A stretch of 64,000 nt of DNA from Felis catus (Eukaryota): positions 219,916,001-219,980,000 of the forward strand of contig NC_058368.1 in NCBI RefSeq assembly GCF_018350175.1, in the 5' to 3' direction. Below the pieces are notes generated by a model. It did not search any database. It saw only the letters and a list, made by a program, of their open reading frames with translations, and was not told the DNA's origin. The translations under genes were made by a program, and so were the position numbers. Numbering within the stretch: position 1 is the first letter of the stretch; each line of letters starts with the position of its first letter. Of this stretch, positions 14,083 through 27,441 are shown piece after piece.

Positions 14083-15394
14083 GAAACTACAGAAACCCAT
14101 GGGGGAGGGGAAGGAAAAAAAAAAGAGATTAGCATAGGAGAGAGCAAAGCATAAGAGACTCTTAAAAACTGAGAACAAACTGAGGGTTGATGGGGGTGGG
14201 AGGGAAGGGAATGTAGGTGATGGGCATTGAAGAGGGCATCTTTTGGGATGAGCACTGGGTGTTGTATGGAAACCATTTGACAATAAATTTCATATATTAA
14301 AAAAAAAGTTAAAATAAATAAAATAAAATAACTCAAGATTACTTTTGATTGCATTAGCATTCTATACTGACATCCTGGAGAACATCCATTAAATGCTATG
14401 ATCATCATTGGGTAGTGATTTAAGAGCAAGGGCTCTGGTGTCACACAGCCTGACTTTGAATCCTACATCCTCCATGTTCCAAAAGCATAAATGAGCTTAC
14501 TTCTTTAATTCAACTTGCTCATCTTTTAACCAGGGATACCAATAGTCCCTACCACTAAAGGATCTGTTAAAAATCGAGTTGATAAACATAGAAACACAAA
14601 GAACACAGAATGTCTTAGAGACAGAGAAGGGAAATTATCCGATTGTATCCAGACAAGGATCCCTTGAGAGAGATTGGTGATGCTATTCATAATTATTCCA
14701 GGTCAAATGAGAACTGAGTCTGTCCTACCCAAAAAGATTCATATATTCGACTAACAAAGAGTTATCACATGTGTTTTGTAATGTTCGTCTCTGAGTCAGC
14801 CTTTATTTCACATATACATTCAACAAATTGAGGGCCCCTTTGCACCTGACACTATTATACGTTAGTGATACATACAGTAGCCCTCCAAACATAGAAATTT
14901 TGCTTTTGTCATGGGATAGTGTTAGACTTCAATAATTGTTTATAAATTATAAATATCTATTTATAATTGCAATAAATTTACAAATTAATATTAGGAGGTT
15001 ATTTTTCTTTTGTTTTTTTTCTTTATTTTGTTTACTTGTCTTTTCTTGTTTTCTAGATTTGTATTACTTACAGTAAGGCATTTCTTCCACAGAATTCATA
15101 TAAGGTATTTAAAGTAATTTGCTTCTTATTACTAAGGCAAGAGGCGTAAGATCATGCACAATGATTAGGAACACAAAACAAAAACTGCACATGCGACAAA
15201 AATGAAGTAAAATAAAATTAATATATTCATTTGTATTAACAATTTAAAGCTCCAAGTTTTAGTCATCAAGAGTTTTAAATCTGTTTTTAAGTATCATGTG
15301 CCTAATGTACTACAAGAAATAAAATGTTAATTAAATAGGAAAATATGTGCCTTGTTTCACAAAATAAAGCTTTAAAAATTATTAAAGTTAATTT

Positions 15395-15601
15395 GTTTTA
15401 CTTTTATTTAGTATTCTGAGATAGAGAGAGAGGGCGTATGAGCAGGATAGGGGCAGAGATAGAGGGAGAGAGAAGATCCCAAGCAGGCTCTATGCTGTCA
15501 GCAGAGCCTCACATGGGGCTCGATCTCACAAAATGTGAGATCATGACCTGAACCAAAATCAAGAGTCAGAAACTTATTGGACTGAGCCACCCAGGCACCC
15601 C
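15395..15601 (-). mobile_element. Can-SINE
   Basis: Reverse-complement head CTGAGCCACCCAGGCACCCC, GA-rich body. Confidence 0.88.
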
Positions 15602-15929
15602 GATTTGTTTATTTTTAAGTCATGAAATGTACAGTATTGATTCCAGAATATGGTGGGGGGAAAACTATTTTAATAAAAGGCAGTTTAGTTATTAGTATTG
15701 ATAAGATATTGAACAATTCCCATGGACTTGCATCTAGATTTTTAAGATATTTTAATTGTAAATAACATAATGAATTTAGATTGCACTAACAGCATTTGAA
15801 TTAGACTGGTATAAATATGTGGTGGTCTTGTGTCAGTCTTGAGGAGAACTTCACAGATAAATAGCAGACAGTAGAAAATCTGGCTGCTGAACATTAACTG
15901 TAGTCCATATAAAGTTTATTCTCAGCCAT

Positions 15930-16229
15930 GTATATTATATATATATATATATGTATACATACACATATATATAATATATTATATATTATATAATTTTATT
16001 TTATATTATATAAAGTATATATTATATACTATGTATATATAATATATATATATACCATGTATATATATTATATGTATATTATATACTGTGTATATATATC
16101 ATATGTATATATTATATTATATTATATTATATTATATGTATTATATGTATTATATATTATACTGTGTATATATATTATATACATATAATATATATTATGT
16201 ATATATATACATACATATAATATATATAT
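15930..16229. repeat. Degenerate (TA)n / AT-rich low-complexity tract
   Basis: Directly visible; includes (ATTAT)n segments. Confidence 0.9.
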
Positions 16230-18199
16230 CTTGGTTGGGGGTGGAGAATTAGCTCTATGAGGGGGTGTGTGTACACACGTGTGAATGTGTGTGCGTTAAG
16301 TGAAGACTATGAAATTGAAGGGTTAAGGGATGAAACTAAGTGGTAATTCATGATTTTATTTATTCATTTTACTCTGGAGCCTTATTGTCAATGGTTAAGC
16401 AATGTGATCTAAGGAACAAACAAGGTAAAGACTGCTTGCAAAAGTCAATGGGATTTTTTTTTTTCCAAGAAGAAATGAGTGTCTGGAATCCACCATGATG
16501 GCATTTTTCCAACGGCTCCCATCCATCAAGAATAGGAACAAGAGCGTGTTGTTGATCATATTGAAAGTTCTATCGCAAAAGTTTGGGGCTAGTGGTAGAC
16601 ACTCCTGTCCTAACATTGTTCAGGTTATAACCCCTATGAAACAAAAACCAGTATCTTATTCTTGAAACTATGTTCATACCTCCATTTTCATCAAGAAATA
16701 TAACAGCATTTTGTTGTCCTTAATTTATTGAGAAAGTAAATTTAAGAATTTTCCCTAGGCTGTATTTCTGAATTCCTAGAAGAAATTGGAGAAGTCATTT
16801 ACTTTTCTGTGCACTTCAGCCACACTATTTGTCAGGAGGAGGAATATTCATCTTTCTCTCCCAGGTACTTGGCTTAATTTATATTAGTACAGAACTTTTC
16901 ATTTTATATCATATTTCATATAAAAATATCAACCTTTTATTTCATCTTCATGTACTTCCTGTCAATTGCCTCCCTGTTTTATTTCATAGTAACATTTTTA
17001 GGATCAGTGCCATTATGATCTGTGAAAAATAGCTTTCAAGGCTGTATATCAATAGAGTACCTTTTTTTGTTTTGCTTTGTTTTGTTTTGCTTTTCAGTTA
17101 GGAAATGTGAATTAAATGTATATATTTCAGACATTACCTAGTATAACATTTCAGATGTCTCTAAAACTTATTGAGAAAACAGGTAAAAAGGTCATATGTA
17201 GATTTAAAACTTTATTTTCAAATACCTAGGGTCAAATACTATTGTTTGACATTCCTGTAGATCTTACAGTTTTCTTTAACAAACCTCAAAAAGCAGAACC
17301 TTAGAATATACTCTAGTAAAAATGAATGTACTTTTAAATTCTAAATGGAATAAATTTGAGATATATATTTGCTATTTCATTTTAATTTTGGACAAACTGT
17401 AAATGATTACAGTTTGGGTGACCACTAGTATTCCATAATTTGGAAAATAAGCTATAAGCAATATGTGCTTATAAACCAGAGTAATCATACATTTACACAA
17501 ACACACAATCCAAAACATCATTTTACCTCAGGTTATAAAAGTATAAATAAGTAAATTTCCTTTTTACCACAAAGATATTTTGTATGTTATTTATGCCACA
17601 AGGTAACATAGTAACAGCTTTTTTTTATAAACAAGAAAATAACATAAAGTTAACTGTTCACTCAAAAGGTAGAGTGTAAATCCTAGTATTCACACCTTTT
17701 GATTACCTCCATTAAAGTTAAGACTTTCCATAAGTGCTTACAATTCCAAATTGAGGGATAAATGTATACATCAGTTTAATATAGCATGCATTATTTTAAT
17801 GATAAAAGAACATCGTTTTCTGCTCATAGTTACATTTCAAAATAAGGCTTATTAAAAACAAACATAATGACAGTATGATGAAATACACTGTTGTAAAAAC
17901 ACATGATCTACTTCTTAGTTCTAAAACAAATGTCAAACCATAACTAACAAATTATACAAAGAAAATCACTTTAGCTTCTAGCATCTGATATACTGATATA
18001 TCTAGTATCTGATAATAAGGAAAACTAAACAAATCCAATATCTAAAAGAAAAAATTACAAAATGAGTTAGTGAATATTCTTGACTGGGGTAATTGACTCA
18101 CCTTTAGAAAGACGATAATGCTTCAGACTACATTCGGTATTTGCATCTTATATATAATGATTCATAAACCAAGCCCAAACTTTTTTGTTTGTTTGTTTT

Positions 18200-19230
18200 A
18201 GGCCCAGGGGTCATACAGAGGGTACGTCCCATGAGGCCATAGATGTGGGCTGAAGGCCAGGTGACAATGAAGTACAAGTAAGTGCCAGGGGAGTTTGTGC
18301 AATTTGGTGGAGTCTTAGGACCCGCTAGAGCCTGATTTCATACATACCATTTCCAGCTGATTATGGAGTCCTGTGGCACAACTTAATTTGATGATTTACT
18401 GGATCAGATAATACCCAGTTCATTAAGGAGAATTGAGAGGAAACGCCTACTTACGTGGTTCCCCATCATCAGGTATTTACACTGTATAAGGACACAATGT
18501 AAAACCATTTTTCTTTCAATCCTTAGAGACCAGATTATGATTTTCCTATTGGCTTACCAGAGCTCCTATACTACATTTGTCACTGGCCAAACCGAGCGCA
18601 ATAGGATCAGAGAGGCCCAATAAGGCACAATTGGTGAAGGGACTTGCGCGGCAGACTGTATCATCACCAGTACTTATGGGTCTGATTCCCACTCAAAAGC
18701 GGTAGCCTACGGGCTTTCTGAGAATTGGTTCAAAGCAACACACACACGTCATAAATGTTGCCTCTATAAATCTTAAGAGGCTGGACAATTATTGAGCTTC
18801 TTTCTGAGGTACTGGCTTTCTAAATTTTCTCTGGGATTTTTCCCCCACCTTCTGGCAGACTTATTGTCTTAACAAGTTACATAGGCGTTTGCTGCTTCTT
18901 CCTTACAAGCCCCAACCAGCATGACATCACCGACTGAATGCAGCAGCATCTACTGTGCAATAACAAAAGATAAAAAGAACGGTGAGCCGAATTGTGACAG
19001 GGAGTTGTAGAACCATAATAGCCCTGAGCATAAACAATAAAGTTGTACTGATGTCTTTATAATGGAAGAATACATAGCTTCTGCTGGGATTTTCTATTTG
19101 ATAAGGGGGGAAAGGGCATTTGTATACCAGGAGACAAAGGTTTGGTTGATCAAGTCCACTAAAGATCAAATAACCAGCACAGCAAGTGGAGTTGAAGTCG
19201 ACACCTGATAAGAATACCAACAAAACATGC
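18200..19230 (-). mobile_element. Ancient ERV-L-like pol (RT and connection domain) remnant
   Basis: Manual minus-strand translation gives HQYNFIVYAQGYYGSTTPCHN (ERVL QYTFTVLPQGYINSPALCHN), LLHSVGDVMLVG (LVHYIDDIMLIG), MNWVLSDP, SIISWKWYV and MASWDVP in the expected order; many stops and frameshifts. Confidence 0.75.
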
Positions 19231-21046
19231 TCGTTTATCAATATCTGTTTTTTCTTTAAAAGTCAAATAGAAAAATTAAGATAAAGTGAAAGGAAGGACA
19301 TTTTTACATTTCCATGTCTTTGACTGTAGTAATGATATTTGTAATCAATTATGTTATATTGCTTTTGGTTTATGATTTTGTTAGCACAGAAAAGCTCCAA
19401 GATCTTACACTTTCCCCTTTTTGCTGTAATAAACCCCTATCTCTGGTTAGGGGAACTGGTATAAAAACTGTTCCCAACTATGTATTGAAGAACAGAGAAA
19501 TAGTATAATGTATATTTGTGGGCACATTGAGGTAGATTCAGGTAAACCTCTTCACTTGTAATTCGATCACCTGTGCTATTTATTAATTCATTTTCTCTCA
19601 GATCCAAATTCGCCTGTCGATACATGCTCTGCAACAATGAATTGAAGTTTTTTAAGGATCACTCCCCCTTTTACAGGGAGCACAGTGTTAAGCCCTCTCA
19701 GGAAAGGGCACTGGAGGGATATTGCAGGTGGAAGGCATTGTTCAAAAGTTTTGACTACTATAAATCCATTCAAACATTTCTCTCTCCAAGAGTTAATCTT
19801 TCTTGCTATAAAGAAGTAATCCTAAAGCTATATTTATTACAAGCTATTTTCAATCTAAGTTCATGCCATTCAATGAGCCTGATGATTAGAAAGACTTCTG
19901 TGGCAGGAACAAACTCAGTGAATTTAAACACTCTGAGAAGTCAAGCTTTGCCAAAACTATATACCTTCTTCCATGAGATAACCTCTTAGTTTTTTTTTTT
20001 TTTTTCTCACATTATTACTTAGGTTCTGCCAACATAAATAGCAAAAACCTTGCAGTTCCTTTAATAGCTATGCTATCTCCTTCCAAGAAAGGTTTTGCTC
20101 TCTAATTGGATGATTTAGTTATTTCACTCTAGTTATCCAGATCTAGGTGAGTCTAAGTGCAAGGAGAGGTAGTGGGATGGGTCTTAACAAAAGTTGGCAT
20201 CTGTGTGCAAGTCAAACGTTCCTTTCTGGAATTTTACAGTTTCTACAGGTAAAGAGAATCTGGTCTCCTCTAAAGAAAAGAGGATGGTATTGGTTGGGAA
20301 GGTAGGCACAATGGGATAAGGAGATTTAATACAGAAATAAGGAATGTTTCTTCTTTCCTAACTCCTTGCCTTTCATAATAATGCCATTGCAGCCAACTGA
20401 AAGTTACAGATATTTCACTACTGCCTTCTTTTTGCTTATCCAAGCCCTAGATGTAGTAAGACTCTTACTAACTTGAAATCAAACCAAGTTATATGGTTAT
20501 ATGGAATTCTAAATTTCCATTTATGATGCTCTGTTTTGTGAAAACATTTCAAACACCTAAGCCTCTATCAGGAAAGGCTCAAATAAGAAAACATAAGTTT
20601 ATGCTATGTATTTCAAATAAGAAATATTCAATAGAGAATTGATATGATTCAAACTGCTGGGAAGAATGGTCAGAGAGGCGATTTCTAACTTCAGCATTTG
20701 GATACTTTTAGGCATCACAGGGAAACAATGATTAATGATGACTGTTACTTTCAACACCAAAGTAGATGATTATTAGAAAGATGCCTAAAAGCCAACATTT
20801 GCTTTATTGCCTGTCCAAAGTAGCCAAAAGACAAATAGTTTTTAATTCCATGTTACTTTCAAGATTTTATATGAGCACTTTTTATTAGCAACATTTATTT
20901 TTGTTAGCAACATTAACCCAAGCTTGATTTTTAAGGGAGTCTAAAAAATAAAGGTTCAGGGATTTCAGTCTTTGCAGTAGAAGGGAAAGCATATATGGAC
21001 AGAAGGATAATATGGTGCAGACAAGCATTGCATGTTTTCAGCAGAT

Positions 21047-21417
21047 GATGTCTTAGTCTGTTTGGGCTGCTACAATAATAGAATTCCATAGAATGGGTGG
21101 CTTATAAGCAACAGAAATGTATATCCCACATTTCTGGAGACCGAAAAGTTTGAAATTAAGGCACTGGAAGATTTGGTATTTAGTGAGAAACAAGTTCCTA
21201 TTTCATTAATGTCCATCTTCTCACTGTGTCCTCCCATGGTGGAAAGAATTAAGGACTTCTCTGAGGTCTCTTTTATAAGTACACTAATCCCATTCATGAC
21301 AACTCTACCCTCATGACCTGATCACCTCCCAAAGGTCCCACTTCCAAATACCATCACACTGTGAATTAGGTTTCCACACAGGAATTTTGGAAGGATACAA
21401 ACATCCTGTCTATAGCA
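21047..21417 (-). mobile_element. MaLR (MLT1A-like) solo LTR
   Basis: Starts TGTCTTAGTCTGTTTGGGCTGCTACAA, ends ACAAACATCCTGTCTATAGCA; GATGA on both flanks. Confidence 0.7.
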
Positions 21418-21759
21418 GATGAGTTCTAAATTCTAAGTAATCTAAATTCTAAAATGCTCAGTCTATTTGCTGTTATAACAGTAGATTAGACAACATGAGT
21501 GAAGAATCAGTGAAGCCAGTTAGAAAGTTTCTTCATTAATAAGGAACAAAGATAATGGCAGTCTGTTTCAGAATGGCAATGACAGAAGTAGTCAAATTCT
21601 GGAAATACCAAAAGGGTCTGTAGGTGCACTGGATATGGAGTATAAGGGGAAAGGTGGAGTAAAAGAATATTGTTTTGCCTCAGCACCAAAAGATTGACTT
21701 GCCATTAATGTGGATGGCAAAGACTGTGAACAGAGCACATTAAGAAGAAGACAACCATT

Positions 21760-22388
21760 CCACTCTGGAAAACAGTATGGATGTTCCTCAAAAAACTAAA
21801 AATAGAACTACCCTATGACCCAGCAATTGCACTACTAGGTATTTATCCAAAGGATACAGGTGTGCTATTTCGAAGGGACACATGCACCCCCATGTTTATA
21901 GCAGCACTATCAACAATAGCTAAAGTATAGAAAGAGCCCAAATGTCCATCGATGGACGAATGGATAAAGAAGATGTGGTGTATATATATATACATATACA
22001 ATAGAGTATTACTCGGCAATCAAAAAGAATGAAATCTTGCCATTTGCAACTATGTGGATGGAACTAGAGGGTATTATGTTAAGTGAAATTAGTCAGAGAA
22101 AGACAAATATCATATGACTTCACTCATATGAGGACTTCAAGAGACAAAAACAGGTGAACATAAGGGAAGGGAAACAAAAATAATATAAAAACAGGGAGGG
22201 GGGCAAAACAGAAGAGACTCTTAAATATGGAGAAAAACAGAGGTTTACTGGAGGGGTTATGGGAGAGGAGATGGGCTAAATGGGTAGGAGGCATTAAGGA
22301 ATCTACTCCTGAAATCATTGTTGCACTATATGCTAATTAATTTGGATGTAAATTAAAAAAAATAAATTAAATTAAGCAGTCTCCAAAA
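21760..22388 (+). mobile_element. 5'-truncated feline L1 3' end
   Basis: ORF2 C-terminus and 3'UTR sequence with A-rich tail; TSD AAGACAAC(C/T)ATT at 21748-21759 and 22389-22400. Confidence 0.88.
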
Positions 22389-25300
22389 AAGACAACTATT
22401 TTAGTTTACATATGATAAATTGAGAATTTTATTAAATATGGAAGCACATTGACTAAATATAACACTTCTGTCTGGAGTTTTGAGTGCATAATTTGGAAGT
22501 GATATGTGTATACATGTGTTTAAAATCATTGGACAAATAAAATAGCACAAATAGTGGATGCATTCAGGGAAGAGAAAAGAAGACTGAGGTTCATAATATA
22601 GCAAAATTTAAAGGTTTGGGAAAGAGGAGAATCCAGCAAATGAAGCTAAACAGGAATGCCCAGTGAGAGGTGCAATCTAAAGTCCAGGTGAAAAGGAAAA
22701 AAAAAAAAAAAAAAAGACTCCCTGAGAACAGAGACTGGCTGTGTGAAACACTGCTAATAAGGCATGTCAGATAAAGACTGAAAATTTGACTATTCAATTT
22801 AGCAACAGAGGATGGATATTCAATTTGACACAAAACCAACTGGATGTATTGTCATGAATCACAGAATATAATTTCATGGGGTTAAATTACTGGTATCAGT
22901 GGGACTAAAGCAGTATGAACTAGGAGTGAGAAAACAAAGAAAACAAACCTGGGAACTTACCAGCTTGAAACCTAGAAATTACCAGCTACTATTCACTTCC
23001 TCCAAAAGGATGGTTACCTAACCAGCATGGAGCAATGAGCAAATATATTGATGGCACAGTCAAAACTAAGGAGAGTCTAAAATTCCTTTTGCTGAGAAAT
23101 GGCAGAGGGCAGGAGAAATGCAAGAACTTACTGCTGCGGACCAGTTATCAGTGATCTTAGAAATGTCAGTGGAAGATCTCTTTATGAAAAACAAAATTAA
23201 AGAAACTATTTAGGGTGGAATCAAACTTGAACAAAGAATCCAAGGTGAAGTCAAGAGAAGTTTGAATACCACTATGAGGGACAAGTAGAGACAAAAAGGA
23301 CAGAGCTCAGAAGAACTGGGTGAGTCATAAAGGGAATATATAAAGGTGACAGGGCTAATAAATATTTGGTAAGGTATAACATATGAATATACAAATATAA
23401 TTAGTTCATAAATATTATTAAGATACTCAATGTTTTAGGCTCCTGAATCCTAATTTGGAGATTTAACCATTTATATTCTGCATGCCTAGTATTACATGGT
23501 TACATATTATGAAAAATATATTAAATGAATATTTGGCACTGTACCATTTTCATTATTATTAAGTATAACTTTGCTTCTCCCTAAAGCCATTGATGTTAAA
23601 CCAAAATCCACTGTCAACTATGTGTGATGAAATCACAGACTGTTCCTACAGTGACCATGCTCTTGAGATTCAAAATATAAGGACAGAAAAATATCTTCAA
23701 ACATCATCAGAAAATAATGGATGGACCCAAATATAAAATTTTATAACTTTAAGCCTTTAACTCAATTCTTTTGTAATAAAGATACAATCTTTTATAATAT
23801 GGAAAGTTTGAAAGGGGCTGCTTCTATTTCCAGCTCTGTAATGTATGAATTGCAAATAAATGGGAAAATTTAAACAGTGACTCTACCATTGATTACTATC
23901 GAGAGAGCATTTTGCAATTCATAAATCCTAGTGAAAACCACTTTGCAACTTGTCATCTTTTGTAAATCACCATATTCTTTGTAAAAAATAGATGTTGGAA
24001 ACACAAAACAGCAAAGCATATTTTAACTTATCTAAATGTGGGATAAATTGTGTTTTTCTATTTGAAGTAGATAAAAAGAACATTTATCAGAAATACAACT
24101 TAGTTGTAGCTACAGGACATTCAAGCATACTTTCTAAATAAGACTGCCATTGATTTGGGCAGATTAAATGAAAATAAATCATGACTAAATATAATTATCT
24201 AGTCTTTGGCATGATTAAATACTTTCGGGTTGTGATTTATTTAGCTTACATACCTAGATATTTTTCTTTGTAAACAGATGTTGGTGATCTCAATATAACT
24301 GGAACAATTTACTATCTCCCTCTCTTTGCCAAGAGAAAATGAAGGAAAACTAATTTGATCCCTTACTCTCCTCTGGAAAGTGATCATAAAAATGTGATGT
24401 ATATTATTTACTATGGTTGTAGGCTCCAAGTTGAAGTATTAAAGAAACCAATGAGTACTTTACACAATAATACAATTCTTGGATTGGTAAGGAAAATAGA
24501 GTTATCTAGTTTCTTCTTGACACTACACTGGATCTCAAAATAAATGTCTGTGCTTAAAAGATAAATAAGTGTTTGACAAATAAAATGTAATATTAAGGAA
24601 ACTACCATTTGGCATTCTTTTGTGTGTGAACTATAAAGACAATCTGACTGTATTCAGTCTTGACCATGGTTTCTGGGGTGGAATTAGATAATTAATATGA
24701 TCCTAATACTGATTCCCAGGGCTATTACAGAAAATAACACAATCAGGAAGACAACTATGAAACAAAAATAGAGATGGATTCAGAAATCGGGATATTGTCC
24801 TGTGACCAAGGGTGAAGAAATTGAAGATAATTTCTTAAAGAGAAAGAAGAAGAACTATTTAGAAAATGAAATAAAATGAGGAGTATCTACAAGAGGACAT
24901 TATAATGACTTTCAAAGTTATGAGAACCCTGGGTAATTCTTATTTTAGTAACAGCCTTCAAAATTCAAATTCTAAATTATATGTCCTTTAGAAACTATCT
25001 CAAAGACTCAAAAGTGAAAATATTATAGAGATGGAAAGCCAGCAAACTTCACTCCATCTTCAAGATACTCTATATTTAAAGAAGAGGACAGCACTACAGT
25101 GAATGGCAGCCACAATGGACCTGGGACTAGGGGTGAAAGACAGCATCATAAATGAAGAGATATTTAACAGTGTAACATTCTGATTTTCTCTTTATAACAA
25201 AAAAAAAAAAAAAAAAAAAAGAAAGAAAGAGACAGAGCAAGGATGATCTCTATGTAGTGGAGACAGGGTTGGACATATGGCTTGCATTTTCCACCATAAA

Positions 25301-26000
25301 GGTACGTAAAAAAAAAAAAAAAAATACAGGCAATATCATAGCCTCACACCGCATACCCTTTTAGTCACTAGGAATTACGGCCCTTTCACATGCAGAATGT
25401 GCTCACCCTCAGGACTCTCAGCCTACTCAATAGTCACGTCATGAGACTCAGAGTCCAACATGTTCCCAACTATATCGGAACAACTATGACTCTTCTTAAT
25501 CAGATGTAACCATGGATAAGAATGTTATTTGCCTTCCCTTATCACACATCTCACAAAAAATGTTAAAATATGGGCAGGAAAACTGCCAAAAATCTCTTAT
25601 TCAACAACAAGAAGAATGATAGACATATATAACACTCACTGATTCTTAGCAATTTTGAAATCATTCTGAGTAAAGATTGACAGGTTCCCCTACAACGAGT
25701 GTAAGAGATGTTTCTTAATTAGGTTCTGGTTCTGCTCCATTGTCTCTCTGTCCATTCTCTAAGGGTTTTTCTGCTATTATCTTTGGTCACCTACAAATAG
25801 AACATTGAACAATATTGCCTCTTTGATGGCAGATAAATATTTTAGGACTGCTTTCTGCCTGTTGAGCATTGAGATTCCAGAGAACATGTCACATCTAAAA
25901 AAAAAAAATCAATTATCTATTAGGTCAAATGCAGATAACTTAGCCAATAAAGGTTTCACAGAGCAGTATTTTTTAAGCAATATTTTTTAAAAGCAGTATC

Positions 26001-26218
26001 GGGGCGCCTGGGTGGCGCAGTCGGTTAAGCGTCTGACTTCAGCCAGGTCACTATCTCGCGGTCCATGAGTTCGAGCCCCGCATCAGGCTCTGGGCTGATG
26101 GCTCGGAGCCTGGAGCCTGTTTCCGATTCTGTGTCTCCCTCTCTCTCTGCCCCTCCCCCGTTCATGCTCTGTCTCTCTCTGTCCCAAAAATAAATAAACG
26201 TTGAAAAAAAATTTTTTT
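26001..26218 (+). mobile_element. Can-SINE (young, CpG-rich)
   Basis: GGGGCGCCTGGGTGGCGCAGTCGG head; AAAGCAGTAT on both flanks. Confidence 0.95.
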
Positions 26219-27229
26219 AAAGCAGTATGAGTTTTCTATGTATTTGATGCTAGTTAGTGCATTACACAAAAACCATATCTAATATTCTTTTAGACATATG
26301 CCTCTTTCTAGACATAACCTTAAAAAGTTATGCTACTCTAGAATGATGCCCTATGCTTTTTACAGTATTTTCTTTTTTTCCAGTTAAAGAGACCAATAGA
26401 GACTCCTTTATAGGAGTCACAGATTTTTACCTGAAAAGCATATAATACTGGGTAGCACCTTAGATTTGGTCTAGGGTCGCACACTATAATTGAATTTGAA
26501 GGCTCTTTACTCAGTAAATAGTCTAGATATGAGAAGTAGTTTAATTTTCTTTTCTGAAAATAATACTGTTCTTTTTGTATCATATCACATGAGGCTAAAG
26601 AGAAACAATTCATTCTCACATATCTTACCTGAAAGCCATGTCTCTGTTGACGTTATATTACATACATGTTCAGTCTTTCAAGTTATTGTAGGTTTAATAT
26701 TACCAAATGTTTCACAAGTAAATAATAAAGGACAACATTTTTTTAGTCTACTTAAATACTTTCTTCACCACTTCTCCAGCATCCATTCATTATGTGCTTC
26801 TAATGACAATGACATGTTACAGACTTTTTGTTATAGCTGTACCCCAGCTTTGAGTATCATATCTTAGATGTCAACAACTGTTGTGTATCAAATAACCCCT
26901 AAATTAAGTGGCTGAAAATTACAGCATGTATTTGTACTTATGCAGTCATAGTTCAGCACAAAGTCAATGACGGAGACTGGGGTCAGGTGGACAACTCCAC
27001 TCAGAGGTATATTCACACACATATCTGTCCTTTAACTTGAAGAAAGCTGTTCTCTGTCATGGCTGAGGTGGCTTAACTGAGGCTTCTTTGTTCTATGTAT
27101 CTTATTCTCCTCCTGAGATCAGCAGCATTGCCCAAGTGGGTAGTCCCAATGGCATGATATAAATAAGTACAAGTCAAGTCAAAACAACTCAAGTGTTGGA
27201 AGCAAAAGTCAAGAAAATACTGAACATTA

Positions 27230-27441
27230 GAGCGCCTGGGTGGCTCAATCCATTAAGCATCTGACTTTGGCTCCGGTCATGATCTCGCGGTTCGTGGGTT
27301 CAAGCCCCACGTCAGGCTCTGTTGCTGACAGCTCAGAGCCTAGAGCCTGTTTCAGATTCTGTGTCTCCCTCTCTCTCTGTTCCTCCCTCGCTCATGCTAT
27401 GTCTCTCTCTGTCTCTCAAAAATAAATAAAGCTTAAAAAAA
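27230..27441 (+). mobile_element. Can-SINE
   Basis: SINE head, body and tail; TSD AAGAAAATACTGAACAT. Confidence 0.92.

Larger units (their letters stand above)
8385..14310 (+). mobile_element. Full-length (~5.9 kb) feline LINE-1, defective
   Basis: CpG-rich 5'UTR, ORF1 and ORF2 remnants, G-rich 3'UTR, AATAAA at 14282-14287 and poly(A); AAAATAAATAAA at 8371-8382 and 14311-14322 as probable TSD. Confidence 0.97.

Noticed and set aside
18181..19240. Possible non-retroviral endogenous viral element (bornavirus-like) because of the adjacent T-tract
   Set aside because: Manual translation shows ERV-L RT and connection motifs instead.
19437..19989. ORFs of 66 and 138 aa in unique-looking sequence as a host exon or processed pseudogene
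   Set aside because: No recognisable protein family, splice structure or poly(A)/TSD; cannot be supported without a search.
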